The notes: generated by a model from the sequence alone, not told the origin. Positions 1-11,579 are shown, counted from the stretch's first letter. The stretch is DNA of 64,000 nucleotides from Octopus bimaculoides (GCF_001194135.2 NC_068981.1:20251284-20315283); one strand, 5' to 3'. Program-made: numbers and translations.

Positions 1-200
1 GCATGCGTCATACAGTCTGCCTTTTACTCTGAGTGAGAGTCCCTTTGTCGCCAGCAGGGGTAAGAGCTCTCTAAACTTTGCCCAGGCTATTCTTATTCTA
101 GCAGCTACACTTTCAGCGCACCCACCCCCACTACTAACTTGGTCGCCCAGATAGCGGAAGCTATCGACTACCTCTAGTTTTTCACCCTGGAATGAGATAG
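1..200. promoter_or_regulatory. CpG-retaining, GC-richer segment; possible promoter edge
   Basis: Six CpGs in the first ~170 bp against a CpG-depleted background; CRE-like TGCGTCA (4-10) and ETS-like GCGGAAG near 154. No transcript evidence. Confidence 0.25.
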
Positions 201-1917
201 AAGTTGTTTCCTGTTTGTTTGCAGTCTTTATTGCACCTGAACATCTGCCACAAACAAAAACTAACTTGCTAGTTAACCTGCCTTTGATGTTGCTGCACCT
301 CTTATGTGTATATCTTAATGTATTTGTGATAGCATAAATGTGTTTGTATTTCCTATTTAAACACATCTCTTATCTATTAATGATATATATGTTGGTGTAT
401 GTATAATGTATTTGTATGAGTGTTTGTCTGTTCATATATGTATGTGTGCATGTGGTGTTTGACATTGTGGTTGTAAACCTCTTTCTTGCCTGAGTAATTT
501 CCTGTACAAAAAGAGAAAGTGTTAGCCTTAAAGAAATCTAAACTCTCTTTCAGAGAAATAAATTGTATTAATTTTGTTGAATCTAAAGTTTATTGCTGTG
601 TTTTCTAATTAGAAATTATATTTGTGAGACCAGATCAATATATCAGTTTTCTTTGGTTTCAACTCATGTATCTGCAGGCTTCCGTTTCACATTAACAACA
701 ATATAACAGCAACAGATGAGAAGATAGAGAGAGAGTTATAGTTTATTAATTTATTTAAATATGATTTTGTTAATCTCATTATTAGATAATTGAATTTAGG
801 AGAGTTCCGTCTGTTTAGGCAGTTCTATCGAGGGGCAACTATTGTTTGAACACAACTAGCCTAGTGTATTCTCCATTTCCTTATTGTTCCTATTGTTGGT
901 TTCTTCCTCAATCTCACAATCGCTGACTCTATTAAATGGCTTTGTCCACTTTCCTCCGCCTTTGTATCTTAGCAGTCTTAAACCCTTTAAGTATCAGCTG
1001 TGTCTTCCATAAAATACTTTACTGTCAGAAAACTTCAGAAGCCTTATTAGCTGATGTGCTTAACATCTCATCATGTTATATGTTTAACACATAAACAGTT
1101 TTATTTTACACACATATCAATCTTTCTTCCGTTAAAAACTCATCAGCATCTCTCTTTATTTCCCCTTTCTCTCTCTTTCACACACACACACACATAAGCA
1201 TGCATACGCTCACACATACACTGTGTTATGTCTCAAGTAATCCACAGACATACCGTACTCCATGTTCTTCCAATTTTACAACATCCACAACTTTTTTATT
1301 TACAATATACATCACTGTTGTATTATACAAAATCACTTGCTATATTAACCAATATATTTTTGTAATCCTAAGTAGAAGAATTGCTTGTGAGAGCTGTAGA
1401 AACTATGTACAAAGGCACAGTTGGTAAAGTGATTGTCAGTTCAGTGGCAAATTTAGTATGAAGTTTAGTGCCCATTAAGGTTCAGTCCTCAGCCTATCTC
1501 CTATCCATCATTGTTCTGCTGGCCTTTGCAGAGGAGCTCTTACAGCTGAATCTGTAGCAGAATTAGAGGAGAAATTCCAGACATAGAAAAATAACTAGAA
1601 CCAAGGGATTTATGTCAGAATAAGGTGTTATTAAGCAAAATAGAAGATAGGACACTGGCACTATCTAGGAAATAGCCTTGCTCGATATGCACAAAAAGGT
1701 GTTGTGGAATCACAGGCAGGCTAACAGAGGAAATAAGGTTTTATGTGTGCAAGATGCACTGAAACCATAATCACTAGAAGTAACTGATAACTTCTGTTAC
1801 CTAGGTGACATAAATAGCAGTAGAGATAGTTGATTTGAAAATATAGGAGCAGCATAAGCCTTCTTCCTCTGAGTGACAGGCAGATTGTATAATGCTTGTG
1901 TTTGAACTGCAGCACTG

Positions 1918-1974
1918 CATGGTAGTGGGACATGGTAGTGGGACATGGTAGTGGGACATGGTAGTGGGACATGG
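1918..1974 (+). repeat. 13-bp tandem repeat CATGGTAGTGGGA x4.4
   Basis: Four exact units plus CATGG; an expansion of the RTE HGS.TW codons. Confidence 0.95.
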
Positions 1975-2050
1975 GCTTTGAGTGCAGAAGACTTGTGCAA
2001 GCAGGAAGAAATGAAACAAACTTGTTCCAAAAGATGTGTGATGTCAGAAT

Positions 2051-2265
2051 ATTCTTTTATTCTTTTACTTGTTTCAGTCATTTGACTGTGGCCATGCTGG
2101 AGCACCGCCTTTAGTCAAGCAAATCGACCTCAGGACTTATTCTTTGTAAGCCCAGTACTTATTCTATCTATCTCTTTTGCCAAACTGCTAAGTTACAGGG
2201 ACGTAAACACACCAGCATCAGTTCTCAAGCGATGTTGGGGGTCAAACACAGACACACAAACACAT

Positions 2266-2297
<32 letters not shown>

Positions 2298-2464
2298 CCA
2301 TATATACGACGAGCTTCTTTCAGTTTCCGTCTACCAAATCCACTCACAAGGCTTTGGTTAGCCCGAGGCTATAGTAGAAGACACTTGCCCAAGGTGCCAC
2401 ACAGTGAGACTGAACCCAGAACCATGTGGTTCGTAAGCAAGCTACTTACCACACAGCCACTCCT
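2051..2464 (-). mobile_element. tRNA-derived CORE-type SINE (octopus OR-like), near full length
   Basis: Minus strand: A box TGGCTGTGTGGT, B-box-like GGTTCAGTCTC, CORE-like CCTTGGGCAAGTG, internal (TA/TG)n, tail GGTGCTCCAGCATGGCC...CTGAAACAAGTAAAAGAAT; several sister copies in the window. Confidence 0.9.
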
Positions 2465-2605
2465 AAAATGATATGAGGGTATCCAGTATCATATGCAAGA
2501 GAAGTGGCTTCACTGGTGTGGGCATGGGATGCTGTCAGAAGACCCGGAATATTCATGGCAAAACATTCACTGAGATGATAGTAGTGATAAGTGATTCGGA
2601 TCTCT

Positions 2606-2654
<49 letters not shown>

Positions 2655-3081
2655 GGTTTGTGCATGTGTAATGCTCACTCACTTGCCCACTGCTGTCCAT
2701 CATCCCTTCTCTGCCACTTCTCCTTTGTATACCCACCCCTCCTCTCCCCACACCTCTTTCAATGACTATCTCTGGTTCTTTGTTATTACTATCCATTTTT
2801 CCCTCATTCATTTTCCCTTTCTTTCACACTTTTCAACCATACTCTTATAATGTAGGATAGCTCTATAACCTCTCATACAACCCACGTCATCATTCTTACT
2901 ATTCTGCCCTTCCTTTCTCACTAGCCACTGACACTAAACACTTCCCTTTCTCTTATTCCTTCCATTCCTCTCCCCCAATTGTGACTACTTTGTTACTCCC
3001 TTCACTGCCATCCTCTCACAATTTATTCACCCCCACCACTATGTTATATTTCACCCTCTCTAACCACCTTGACTAAAGCCA

Positions 3082-3147
<66 letters not shown>

Positions 3148-3150
<3 letters not shown>

Positions 3151-3529
3151 TAACGTTGACCACTAACGTGGACCGTGGACAATTAATGTGCTAGAAATAG
3201 ATCACATCTTGTGTCTATTAAGACCTAAATTGCTCTCAACATGAAATATAGCAGCATACCAAACCGTAAGCGGGCAAGACATTTAAAATCACCTAAAAAA
3301 ACATTATTAAACAAGTACCGGTTTCGGATTTAACAAATCTTACCGATTGTCCATTCCTCTTCAGCCTGATTTGTAATGTAACCGCAATCATCAGAATCGT
3401 ATACAAAGTTGCCCATACGGTTTGGTATACTGCTATATTTCATGTTGAGAGCAATTTAGGTCTTAATAGACACAAGATGTGATCTATTTCTAGCACATTA
3501 ATTGTCCACGTTAGTGGTCAACATTATTT
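3148..3529. repeat. Foldback element with ~120-bp inverted arms (3148-~3277 and ~3409-3529) around a ~130-bp spacer
   Basis: Over 3148-3268 the arms differ only by two C/T substitutions and a 7-bp duplication (CGTGGAC) in the left arm. Confidence 0.92.
3309..3373 (-). ncRNA. Type I hammerhead ribozyme motif (minimal, Penelope/retrozyme style)
   Basis: Minus strand: caaatcagg CTGAAGA GGA...TCC GAAAC CG GTA cttgttt. Intact CUGANGA and GAAAC core, stem II closed by GGA/TCC, palindromic stem III ACCGGT, GUA triplet, and stem I pairing (tcagg/cttgt plus aa/tt). Confidence 0.72.
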
Positions 3530-3910
3530 TTTAAAATGTACCTTAATCCCCTGAGATTGCAGATATTATTTCTGATTCTCTTTGATTCTTTAGATGTGCT
3601 GGCCTCCTGATAATTAATCGATATTANNNNNNNNNNNNNNNNNNNNNNNNNNNNNNNNNNNNNNNNNNNNNNNNNNNNNNNNNNNNNNNNNNNNNNNNNN
3701 NNNNNNNNNNNNNNNNNNNNNNNNNNNNNNNNNNNNNNNNNNCATTTATATTTTTTTCTCCTTGTTTCTCTCCTTATTTCTTTGTGTTCTTTTCAGTTGA
3801 AGAGCGTAGCTCGAAATGTCAAAGGCTTTCTCTATTCCTGAGCTTTAAACTAATACATCCATTTGTTGTTTACACCATCTGTCTTCGTCTGTTGTTTTCT
3901 TCGTAAATTC
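3530..3910. mobile_element. Penelope-like LTR-related repeat flank, gap inside
   Basis: 3530-3626 matches the reverse complement of 18947-19045; 3797-3820 holds a degenerate hammerhead-like TTGAAGA-GCGTAGCTC-GAAATGTC. Confidence 0.5.
3627..3742. other. Assembly gap
   Basis: N run. Confidence 1.
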
Positions 3911-3911
3911 T

Positions 3912-3954
<43 letters not shown>

Positions 3955-4699
3955 CTTTCCCCAGTTGTCCAGTTATAGGAGACCTTTTAGACCCTTCATT
4001 CTTGCTAGTTGCAAGGCAACTTTACTAATGCTGGTGCCACAAAAAAGAATCACCCAGTACATTCTGTAAAGTGGTTGGTGTTGAGAAGGGTATCCAGCCA
4101 TAGAAGCCATATCAAAACAGTATTGAAGCACAACACGATCCTCTGACTCATCAAGTCCTATCGAAACATCCAATTCATGTCATTATGAAGAGCAGATGTT
4201 ACATGATGATGTTGATGAAAATGATGATGACAGTGATACCTAAGTATATAACCCTTATATCACTTGATGTTCCCAATATATCTTTTCATTTATTTTATCT
4301 TTTTTCTTTTTCCTTTTTTTTTGTTTGTTATAGTTTTTATGATAAGAGTTATTGAATTGTAAGAAGAAAATCTGTTTAGTTGTTTTTATAGAAATCTTCA
4401 AGTTAGTGAAGAGGTTGCAGAATTCAGCAGATGTCAGATGTCTGGCCTTAAGAATTTTATTAGAAATAAGTTTACATACAAATTTTTTTTCTGTCTTCTA
4501 AAATACAATAGAACTAATTTATAGCTTTTTAAGAAGCAAATGACTTTGATGATAATGCCATGTTATAAAAACCATTATTTTCTGTTGATTACTAAAGTTC
4601 CTTCCTGCACCTTGTGATAAATATGATGGCAAAAGGTTTCCTCTTAATAAACAAGGTTACTATATGATAAAAGTACTGAGTGGGAAAGTTTGAAAATTG

Positions 4700-4990
4700 C
4701 TAAACAGTTTATGAAGTAGCTTCTTCACTGTACGGTATCTTTGACAAGTGTCTTCTACCAATGCTTTGCAAGTGGATTTAGTAGATGCAAACTGAAAGAA
4801 GATTATTGTGTGTGTGTGTGCATGTGTGTATGTTTGTTTGCATTTGCACTTCTCCATTAGTTGCTGAGCTTCAAGCAGCGCAGTTGTTATTTCTCGTCCA
4901 CAAATCATCCACTGATTTTTAAATCTTTTACTTCAAAAGCAGGTAAGGGTTAGCAAAGAGAAAGGCATCCAGCTATAAAACATTGACTAA
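4700..4990 (+). mobile_element. Decayed CORE-type SINE with RTE-like tail, directly upstream of the Tc1 insertion
   Basis: GACAAGTGTCTTCTAC...GTGGATTTAGTAGATGCAAACTGAAAGAAG, then GGTAAGGGTTAGC...AAAGGCATCCAGCTATAAAAC. Confidence 0.6.
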
Positions 4991-5000
4991 ATAATATATA

Positions 5001-6260
5001 CAGGGGTTCGACAAAATAATGGAAACACCTTAAAATTTCAAACAAATTTATTTTAATATGGAGTAGGACTGCCTTTAGCAGTAATTACAGCTTGAATTCT
5101 ATGAGGTATGGACTCGTACAAAGTTTGAATTGTTTCCAAAGGAATTTTTGTCCATTCTTCAGCTAAAACAGTCTCCAGTTCTTGTAGTGATGATGATGGA
5201 GGATATTGACTCCTTACTTGTTTTTCTAAAATGCACCATAAATGTTCAATAATATTGAGATCTGGGGACTGTGGTGGCCAGACAAGATGTTCAACTTCAC
5301 TAGAATGTTCCTTGTGTCATTCAGTAACAACTTTAGCTGTTTGAATTGGTGCATTATCATCCTGAAAGATTGTGTTTCCCTCCAGAAATAGTTCTGTGAC
5401 CATAGGATAAATTTGATCAGATAAAATGCTTAAATAGTCTTGACTATAAATTCTTCCATGAAGGGAAACCATTGGGCTGATGGATTTCCAAGATACAGCA
5501 CCCCAGATCCTCCTCTATGTTTAACAGTTGGAAGAAGGCAGTCTGGATCAAATGCTTCTTTTGGCTGTCTTCACAGGTATACTCAGCTGGTGGTCGGAAA
5601 TAAGGTAAAGGATGACTCATCCAAGAAAATAACATTTTTCCACTGCTCTAGGGACCAATTTTGTAGGTTTTTACTCCACTCTAAAAGCTTTGCGATGTTT
5701 GTTTTTGAAAGCAATGGTTTTCTGATTGCAGCCCTCCCATGGAATCCAGCTTTGTGCAGCTTCAAGTGAACAATTTTTGTGGAAACTGGGTTTTTGAGGT
5801 GGTCATTAAGCTCTGCAGTAATTTTGGGAGCTGTACTTTAATGATCCTTTCTAACAATTTGCATAAGAGTCCAATGGTCCCTATCTGAAAGTTTTGGTTT
5901 TCTTCCAGAGTTTTGTTTTAATGAGGAGGTTTTTCCCTCTTTATCAAAGCTGTCATTACTTTCGAGACTACTTCTTGATGCACGAAACATTTTGGCTGTT
6001 TTCGTTACTTTAGCGCCTGCCATATGAATACCAACAATTTGACATGTTTGAAAGTCTGATAGATCTGTCATTTTAATGAACTTTAATTACCTTTTTCTGT
6101 TAATATCTGAAAAGAAACAGCAATTTTAGCAAAACACATTAAACAACACTAATAATAAATCATAAAACATAAAAGTAAACTAGCTTTTGATGGTTTTATA
6201 GATATTTCAAAATTATGATGCTATGATGCTAGATGTTTCCATTATTTTGTCCAACCCCTG
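5001..6260 (-). mobile_element. Full-length Tc1/mariner DNA transposon (1260 bp), DD36E-type spacing
   Basis: TIRs CAGGGGTT[C/G]GACAAAATAATGGAAACA at both ends (27 bp, 1 mismatch), TA on both sides, and a transposase pseudogene inside. Confidence 0.96.
5053..6071 (-). pseudogene. Tc1-like transposase pseudogene
   Basis: MTDLSDFQ...SGRKPKLS (HTH/linker), KPLLSKTN, VIFLDESSF, KHRGGS, FQDDNAP, WPPQSPDLNIIEHLW; several stops and frameshifts. Confidence 0.95.
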
Positions 6261-7129
6261 TATATAAATATGCATATACATGTATCTTTATTTCAATGGA
6301 ACTAAATATTTGACAGTTTGCAACCTAGATTGTGTATCACGCCACAAAGCATATGAATTAAGCATTCGTATATATTTTTGTTTGTGCAAATATATCTTTT
6401 GCTGAAAACTTGTGCTCACAGTCAAAAATCTCTTGTGTCATATTTATTCCACCTGAGTTGCACAAACAGTTCCTTGTCATTCTCAGCATAAGAAAAGCAA
6501 TGAGTCGATGATTGGCCCATAAGACATCTATAACTAGTAACACTGTTTCTCACAAAATGTGATATAAAATAAATGGTTGTATATTTTACTTCTACCAAAT
6601 TTTAAAAAAATGATGATTAATAGCATTTGCATTGGAAGAAAACATCAAGTTAGTGAATAACCTCATGAATTAGTAAGATCTTATAGACTGCTTCAGGAAT
6701 TTTTTTTAATGTAGTGGGTATACATTGGAATAGTAATTGGTGTAGTATATGTTGTGGGATAAAACAGATGAACACTCCCACCTTTTCAACATGCCCTCTG
6801 TTTTCCTTTGCAAAATTCTACATATCAGTACATACATCTCCTACACTCCATATTTAGTCATCCTAAGAAAAAGTTTGCAATCATTAATGACTTTACCAGT
6901 AATAGTTCTCCCAATATTATTGTTTACCATCTACAATGGTACATAAGTGATATCGTTCTTATATTTGGACATTGTTTATGTGAACTCTTTAAAGATATGA
7001 GAAACAAGACAGAGCGTCTCGAAGCATACAAAATGACATTCTAATCAACCAGTTCAATATCACCATTTGTACATTGATCCAACACCATAACTCATGAAAC
7101 TCACACACTCTTATTTACTTATATTTGTT

Positions 7130-7330
7130 GTTGTATAGACCCAGTTCAGCTTTATTAAATAGATTTATAATCAAAGATTTTCCATTCATGACCATCACGT
7201 TTTTTTTTTCCTTTCCAGCATGGCATATTACCCAATGTTCTATTTTTTTTTAATATAGTGGGTATAAGTTGAATAGGATTTTGCTGCTATTTCTAGCATA
7301 TCAATAGACCATATAAAAGCTCCTTTTATA
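7130..7330. repeat. Unclassified ~230-bp interspersed repeat, (GTT)n/(CAA)n-ended family
   Basis: Shared motifs GATCAAAG..TTCCA.CCATGACC and GGGTGTGATTTGAGGGAGATTTGGCTGCTATTTCTAGCAGG; at least 12 copies in the window (about 8150, 10095, 10935, 13130, 16000, 26405, 27440, 30455, 30690, 32640, 43270, 57640, 63115). Confidence 0.75.
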
Positions 7331-7379
7331 TTTAGTCAAAGGGGAAAGTGACATTGCACATAATCTTTGTAATCACTCT

Positions 7380-7870
7380 GCTGCTGATAAGTTTGGTGTG
7401 GTTGATGTTTAGCTTGGCCTCTAGTTTAGTGTAGGAATTATGTGAGTGGTCCAGGGGCTGCCTGTTCTGGATAGAAATGACTGAAAAACGTTTAGAGTGA
7501 AGGATTTGTGGAATGAGGACAAAGTAACTGTGATGAATGGGTGAGAAATATCAATATTTAATGGATCCTGGGTGAAAATGATAGAAATGGTGCAACAGCT
7601 TGTTAATCTAGAGAAACAAAAGCAATTGCAGAAGAGAGAGAGAGAGAGAAGTAAACAATGTATTTTAAGAATCAGTGGTTGTAGCTTATTAATGAGTGAA
7701 TTTTTGTCAGTTGTGTGATACAATAAGTTTGGTAGTTAACAGGATCAGAGAAGTTATTATTTTGGGGGGTGGGGCAAACTGATAAGTCTTTCCAAAATTC
7801 ATTGTTGTTTGGCTCCAAATTAGCCTTCGTCAAGCAAGATTGGTAATCAAAGTTGTCTATCCACAACCAT
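7380..7870 (-). mobile_element. Highly decayed L2/CR1-like RT fragment
   Basis: Minus ORF fragments FWKDLSVCPTPQNNNFSDPVNYQ (WK.A.V.P.PK...SDP.NYRP-like) and FQSFLSRT. Confidence 0.5.
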
Positions 7871-7905
7871 CTCTTCCTTTTTTAAGACATGTCATTTCTC
7901 TTGAA

Positions 7906-8125
7906 CCCTTTCATTACTGTATTTATTTTGAGATGCTCTGTGTTTCTTTCAATTACTTTAAATATAACAAAGAATTTAGTAAAATAACTTAGTTATCATT
8001 CAGCTAGTGTTAGGAACATAAATTGCGACTAAGGTTTGGTGGAAGATTTTAATTCAATACTTATGAAAACAAAACGTTTGTACTCAGAGCCAGAGCCGGT
8101 TTCAGCCCGGTTGATAATGAAAGGG
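7906..8125. mobile_element. piggyBac-like MITE (220 bp)
   Basis: TIR CCCTTTCATTA...TAATGAAAGGG; TTAA on the right and TGAA (mutated TTAA) on the left; no ORF. Confidence 0.75.
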
Positions 8126-9755
8126 TTAAGACAGTTCAGTGCAATATTCAAGAGATTTAGCTTTTAATTTTAGCCGTTTGCTCATTCTTCTGATCATCCC
8201 ATCTTTTTATATATCAGGGACATTATCCAGTGTCTCCTTTAAGACAGTAGGGTGTGATTTCATAGTGACTTAGCTGTTATTTCCAGAAGATCAGACAATC
8301 ACACAGATATTTCACCTGTAAGTCTGTAGATTCTGATAATGGCTACAGAAGAGATGGACTTTATGGCTGCAAGACATTTGTGTGTTGCTAATTTACACTT
8401 ATCTCTGATAGTGTGTTTCTTTGAACAGGCTTTAAGATTAATGAGATAATTTATGCTGAGGCTATTTTTGTATGTATGTGTTTGTGTTCATCATATACTG
8501 ATATATTCAGATTTCTGTCTTCATCTTGGTTGTTATAATCACAATGTTTTGACCATTGTTGAGAACAGAGACAAAACGAGAGAGAGAGAGATGGTGGCAA
8601 GTATTACAAGATATACGACAGCAAGTCTACAGTAGATCTGACATCACTAAAATCAGCTTGGCTATTGCTGAGAAACGAGAGACTCAAGTTGAGGAAAAAG
8701 TTGAGTGTTTATGACCCTTCTCATCACCTTTGAAATTGTGATCGAGGTGACTGTTGTATTCAGTAATTCTTTCACAATTTCAAAGTGAACCCTTTATTCA
8801 ATCCATAGGAGTAAATTGTTGTCATTCCATTGTCTGGACTAAATAGGAGATATAGTGTTTGTGAAGGGGATCAGGTAGTTGTGTTTTGAGAGGGTTGTAA
8901 ATATGAGTGTGAGTGATTTTGTATGCTGTAACAGCAATTGGAAGGTTGGATCTTTCTCAAATTCTGTGTGTGGTGGGGGAGTATTGAGAGAGAGAGAGAG
9001 AGAAAGATAACTGAATGATATATAATGTGATAAATATTGTTCATATTTATATGTAAATACACACATCCACACAAATAAGAAATGAAGTGTGAGAATATAA
9101 ATTAGGAGGTTTTGTTGAGGGATCACTGTGGAAACAAGGAGGAAGAAGAAAATCAAGAAACAAGGAAAGAGTAAAAGAGAAATGGCTATAATATTAAAAT
9201 GCTGGAGAAAATTTAGCTGACCAAGTGTAAATATAAGAGGAAAGTGTGTGTAGAAACTACTGGCATACACAGACGCACACAAAGACAAACACAAACACAT
9301 TTTTGCACATATACACACACTGGGGTGTGTAAACATGCATCCAGGATAGAAACAAGTCACATGATCAAGCAAGTCAGGGAAGATATAAAGGTTGAGTGGT
9401 TGGGAAGAGATACAGTGGAGCCACTTATGCTGGAACCCCTGTGAAAGTGTCAACAAAGCCTAGAGTTAAGTCTATTCCAGTAACAAAATATGAATGTGAC
9501 TTATTACAGAATATTATAAAATTAGTCAGTAGGGCAGACCAACTGTCGAGGAGACATATTACCAGAACTCTATGTTCATCAAAAATGAAACATATGTTCA
9601 TTTCAAATAGGGTTTGAAAATACCACCAAACTTCTTATCTTTCCTTCCCTAAGTGATTATGCCTGTCTTTGTAAACTCTTTACAGCCTGTCCTATTTCCA
9701 AAATGTTGGACCATTTCAGATCTACTGGTAACTCTACTCTCCTACATTCTGGCAT

Positions 9756-9803
<48 letters not shown>

Positions 9804-9854
9804 NNNNNNNNNNNNNNNNNNNNNNNNNNNNNNNNNNNNNNNNNNNNNNNNNNN
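9804..9854. other. Assembly gap within (CT)n
   Basis: N run. Confidence 1.
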
Positions 9855-10613
9855 CTCTCTCTCCCTCTCTCTCTCTCTCTCTCTCCCTCTCTCTCTCTCT
9901 CTCTCAGTAGATACACCTATGATCAATGAAGCTGTTCCTGCCATAACAATCACAACCTTCTTTAGGGCATTCTGTATCCCAGATTATCTTACCTGACATG
10001 TCTGTTTCTTTTTATGATTGTAGGGTATAATATGAGGGCGATCTGGTTGCTATTTCTAGACGAGCAATAAATCATATCGAGGGTCCTCTACTAACTATAT
10101 TGTTGTTTTTGTTCAACCCAAGCCTCCCTTGATCAAACAGACCAAAAGTATTCCAACCATGACCAATCCATTTACCTTCAGGCACACTATATCTCAGACT
10201 GTATTATTCTATGTGTCCTTCTTATAAGACAGTAGGGTGTAATTTGAGGGAGATTTGGTAGTTATTTCAGTAAATGCACCTGTCTCATCTATTGACAGCT
10301 GTTGTTTGGTGCTGGGTCCTGATGTTTATTGGGCAAAGATTCAATTTAGATGTAGAACAGCCTCCCCTTTGCTTCTGGTCATGAGAAATACAAGAATGTT
10401 ACAATATCTTCATAAGAGGAAAATTATTTAACTTTCACTAATGCTGACTTAACCACATAGTGGTCAATCAAATAAAGTTGACCTAGATGAGATGCTGTGT
10501 TCAGGTCTTCTTGTCTTCGACATTCTGTTCCATTGCCATAAAAGTAGTCCTCGACATTAGCAATGTTGTGCCCTCAATACTTGCCATTGCACCTTCCCTA
10601 TCAATTACCTAAC

Positions 10614-10754
10614 CATGACAAGGTCATCAGTTTCATTAAATCTAATATTGCCTTTGGTTAGTTCCTCAGAAATGTATGCTAAGTATATCTTTCGTAAAGC
10701 TCCTCCAACTTGATATGGCCCTAGAGCAGGATTTGTGCAATTCAGAAGAGTATA
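10614..10754 (-). CDS. Candidate coding exon: end of an ionotropic glutamate receptor-like amino-terminal (PBP1/ANF-receptor fold) domain
   Basis: 141 nt open: YTLLNCTNPALGPYQVGGALRKIYLAYISEELTKGNIRFNETDDLVM. By eye it aligns ungapped from W/Y onward to GluN1 ([31 protein letters not shown]) and resembles AMPA CLANPAVPW...GNIKF (reference sequences recalled, not searched). Donor ATG|GTTAGG or AG|GTAATT; weak AAG acceptor, the first AG after a ~95-nt AG-free stretch. Confidence 0.5.
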
Positions 10755-11579
10755 CTTGGTCATTTCAATGTTTGTATGGTCAATTGACATAAGAAATAAT
10801 TAAAGATAATATGATAGGATTAATGGTGTTACAGATTTATAGAACAATTCTCCACATTACAGAAATATATTGTTGTTGTTGATGGTGGTGGCAGTGGTGG
10901 TGGTGGTGGTGGTGGTGTCAGCAGTAGCTTCTGCTGCTTCTTAGTTATGAAATCAGGCCTGGTCCATGATAAAATACAAATCAGCCATGATTTTTTCATT
11001 ATTTTTCTAACATAGTGTATCTAATCTTATGTCCTTCATTTTTCAAAAATCATTAGGGTGTGATTTGAGAAAATTTGGCTGATATTTCAAGTAGGTTGAA
11101 TGGCTATATAGATGTTTTCTTGTCAGCTTGATGGAAATGCGTGTGCTTCTGTATGAAGATATGAAGGCAAATAGTAACATTAATATTTTTCCTGTGATTA
11201 TTAACAAAAGAGATAGAAAAGCAGCTGCTCTACATCTGAATTGAAACTTTGGCCTATTATCACAAAGATTCACACCAAAAAGCAGCTGTCATGAGACTAA
11301 ACACAGATGCATTAGCAGATTCATCCAAAAAAATTAAGTAAGCTGAAAATAAAGGTGTTTATTATAAGGACAATGTGACTAATGAAAATGATAATGATGA
11401 TGACAGCAGCAATGACTATGATGCTGTTGTTAAATGGATTATAATGACAACAATGATAGAAATATCTTTATACATGTATACAAATATATATATAGGCATA
11501 CTGACAAAAACATAGGTAAGAATTATTTGCAAAGTTAAACATCTTTTATTGCTGTAAAAAATTCTTAACAATGACGTTA

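Larger units (their letters stand above)
1400..2560 (+). mobile_element. Decayed RTE-clade LINE ORF2 remnant, interrupted by a SINE at 2051-2464
   Basis: Frameshifted RT and C-terminal motifs (QGSVLS-like, AESVAELEEKF, FCYLGD, LHGS.TW); homology resumes after the SINE at 2465. Confidence 0.75.

Noticed and set aside
2051-2464. tRNA gene calls in SINE heads
   Set aside because: Heads are tRNA-derived but lack a full cloverleaf; annotated as SINEs.
3797-3820. Second hammerhead-like motif TTGAAGAGCGTAGCTCGAAATGTC
   Set aside because: C3 is T, the GAGC/GCTC stem would consume core bases G8/A9, and GAAAC is GAAAT; at best a dead relic.
4389-4500. HEAT-like peptide IFKLVKRLQNSADVRCLALRILLEI after a good acceptor
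   Set aside because: No convincing donor before the stop; a single short segment.
8429-8720. Plus-strand exon-like pieces (GFKINEIIYAEAIF; WWQVLQDIRQQV or GGKYYKIYDSK)
   Set aside because: Good splice signals only for the first piece; two frames are equally open in the second; no recognisable homology.
8839-9456. Longest ORF (205 aa, minus strand)
   Set aside because: Runs through (TG)n/(CT)n and T-rich tracts; F/L/C-biased with no domain motif.
10420-10570. HNIANVEDYFYGNG as a continuation of the iGluR-like exon
   Set aside because: Joining it needs a 37-nt intron ending in GG; no valid splice puts it in frame.
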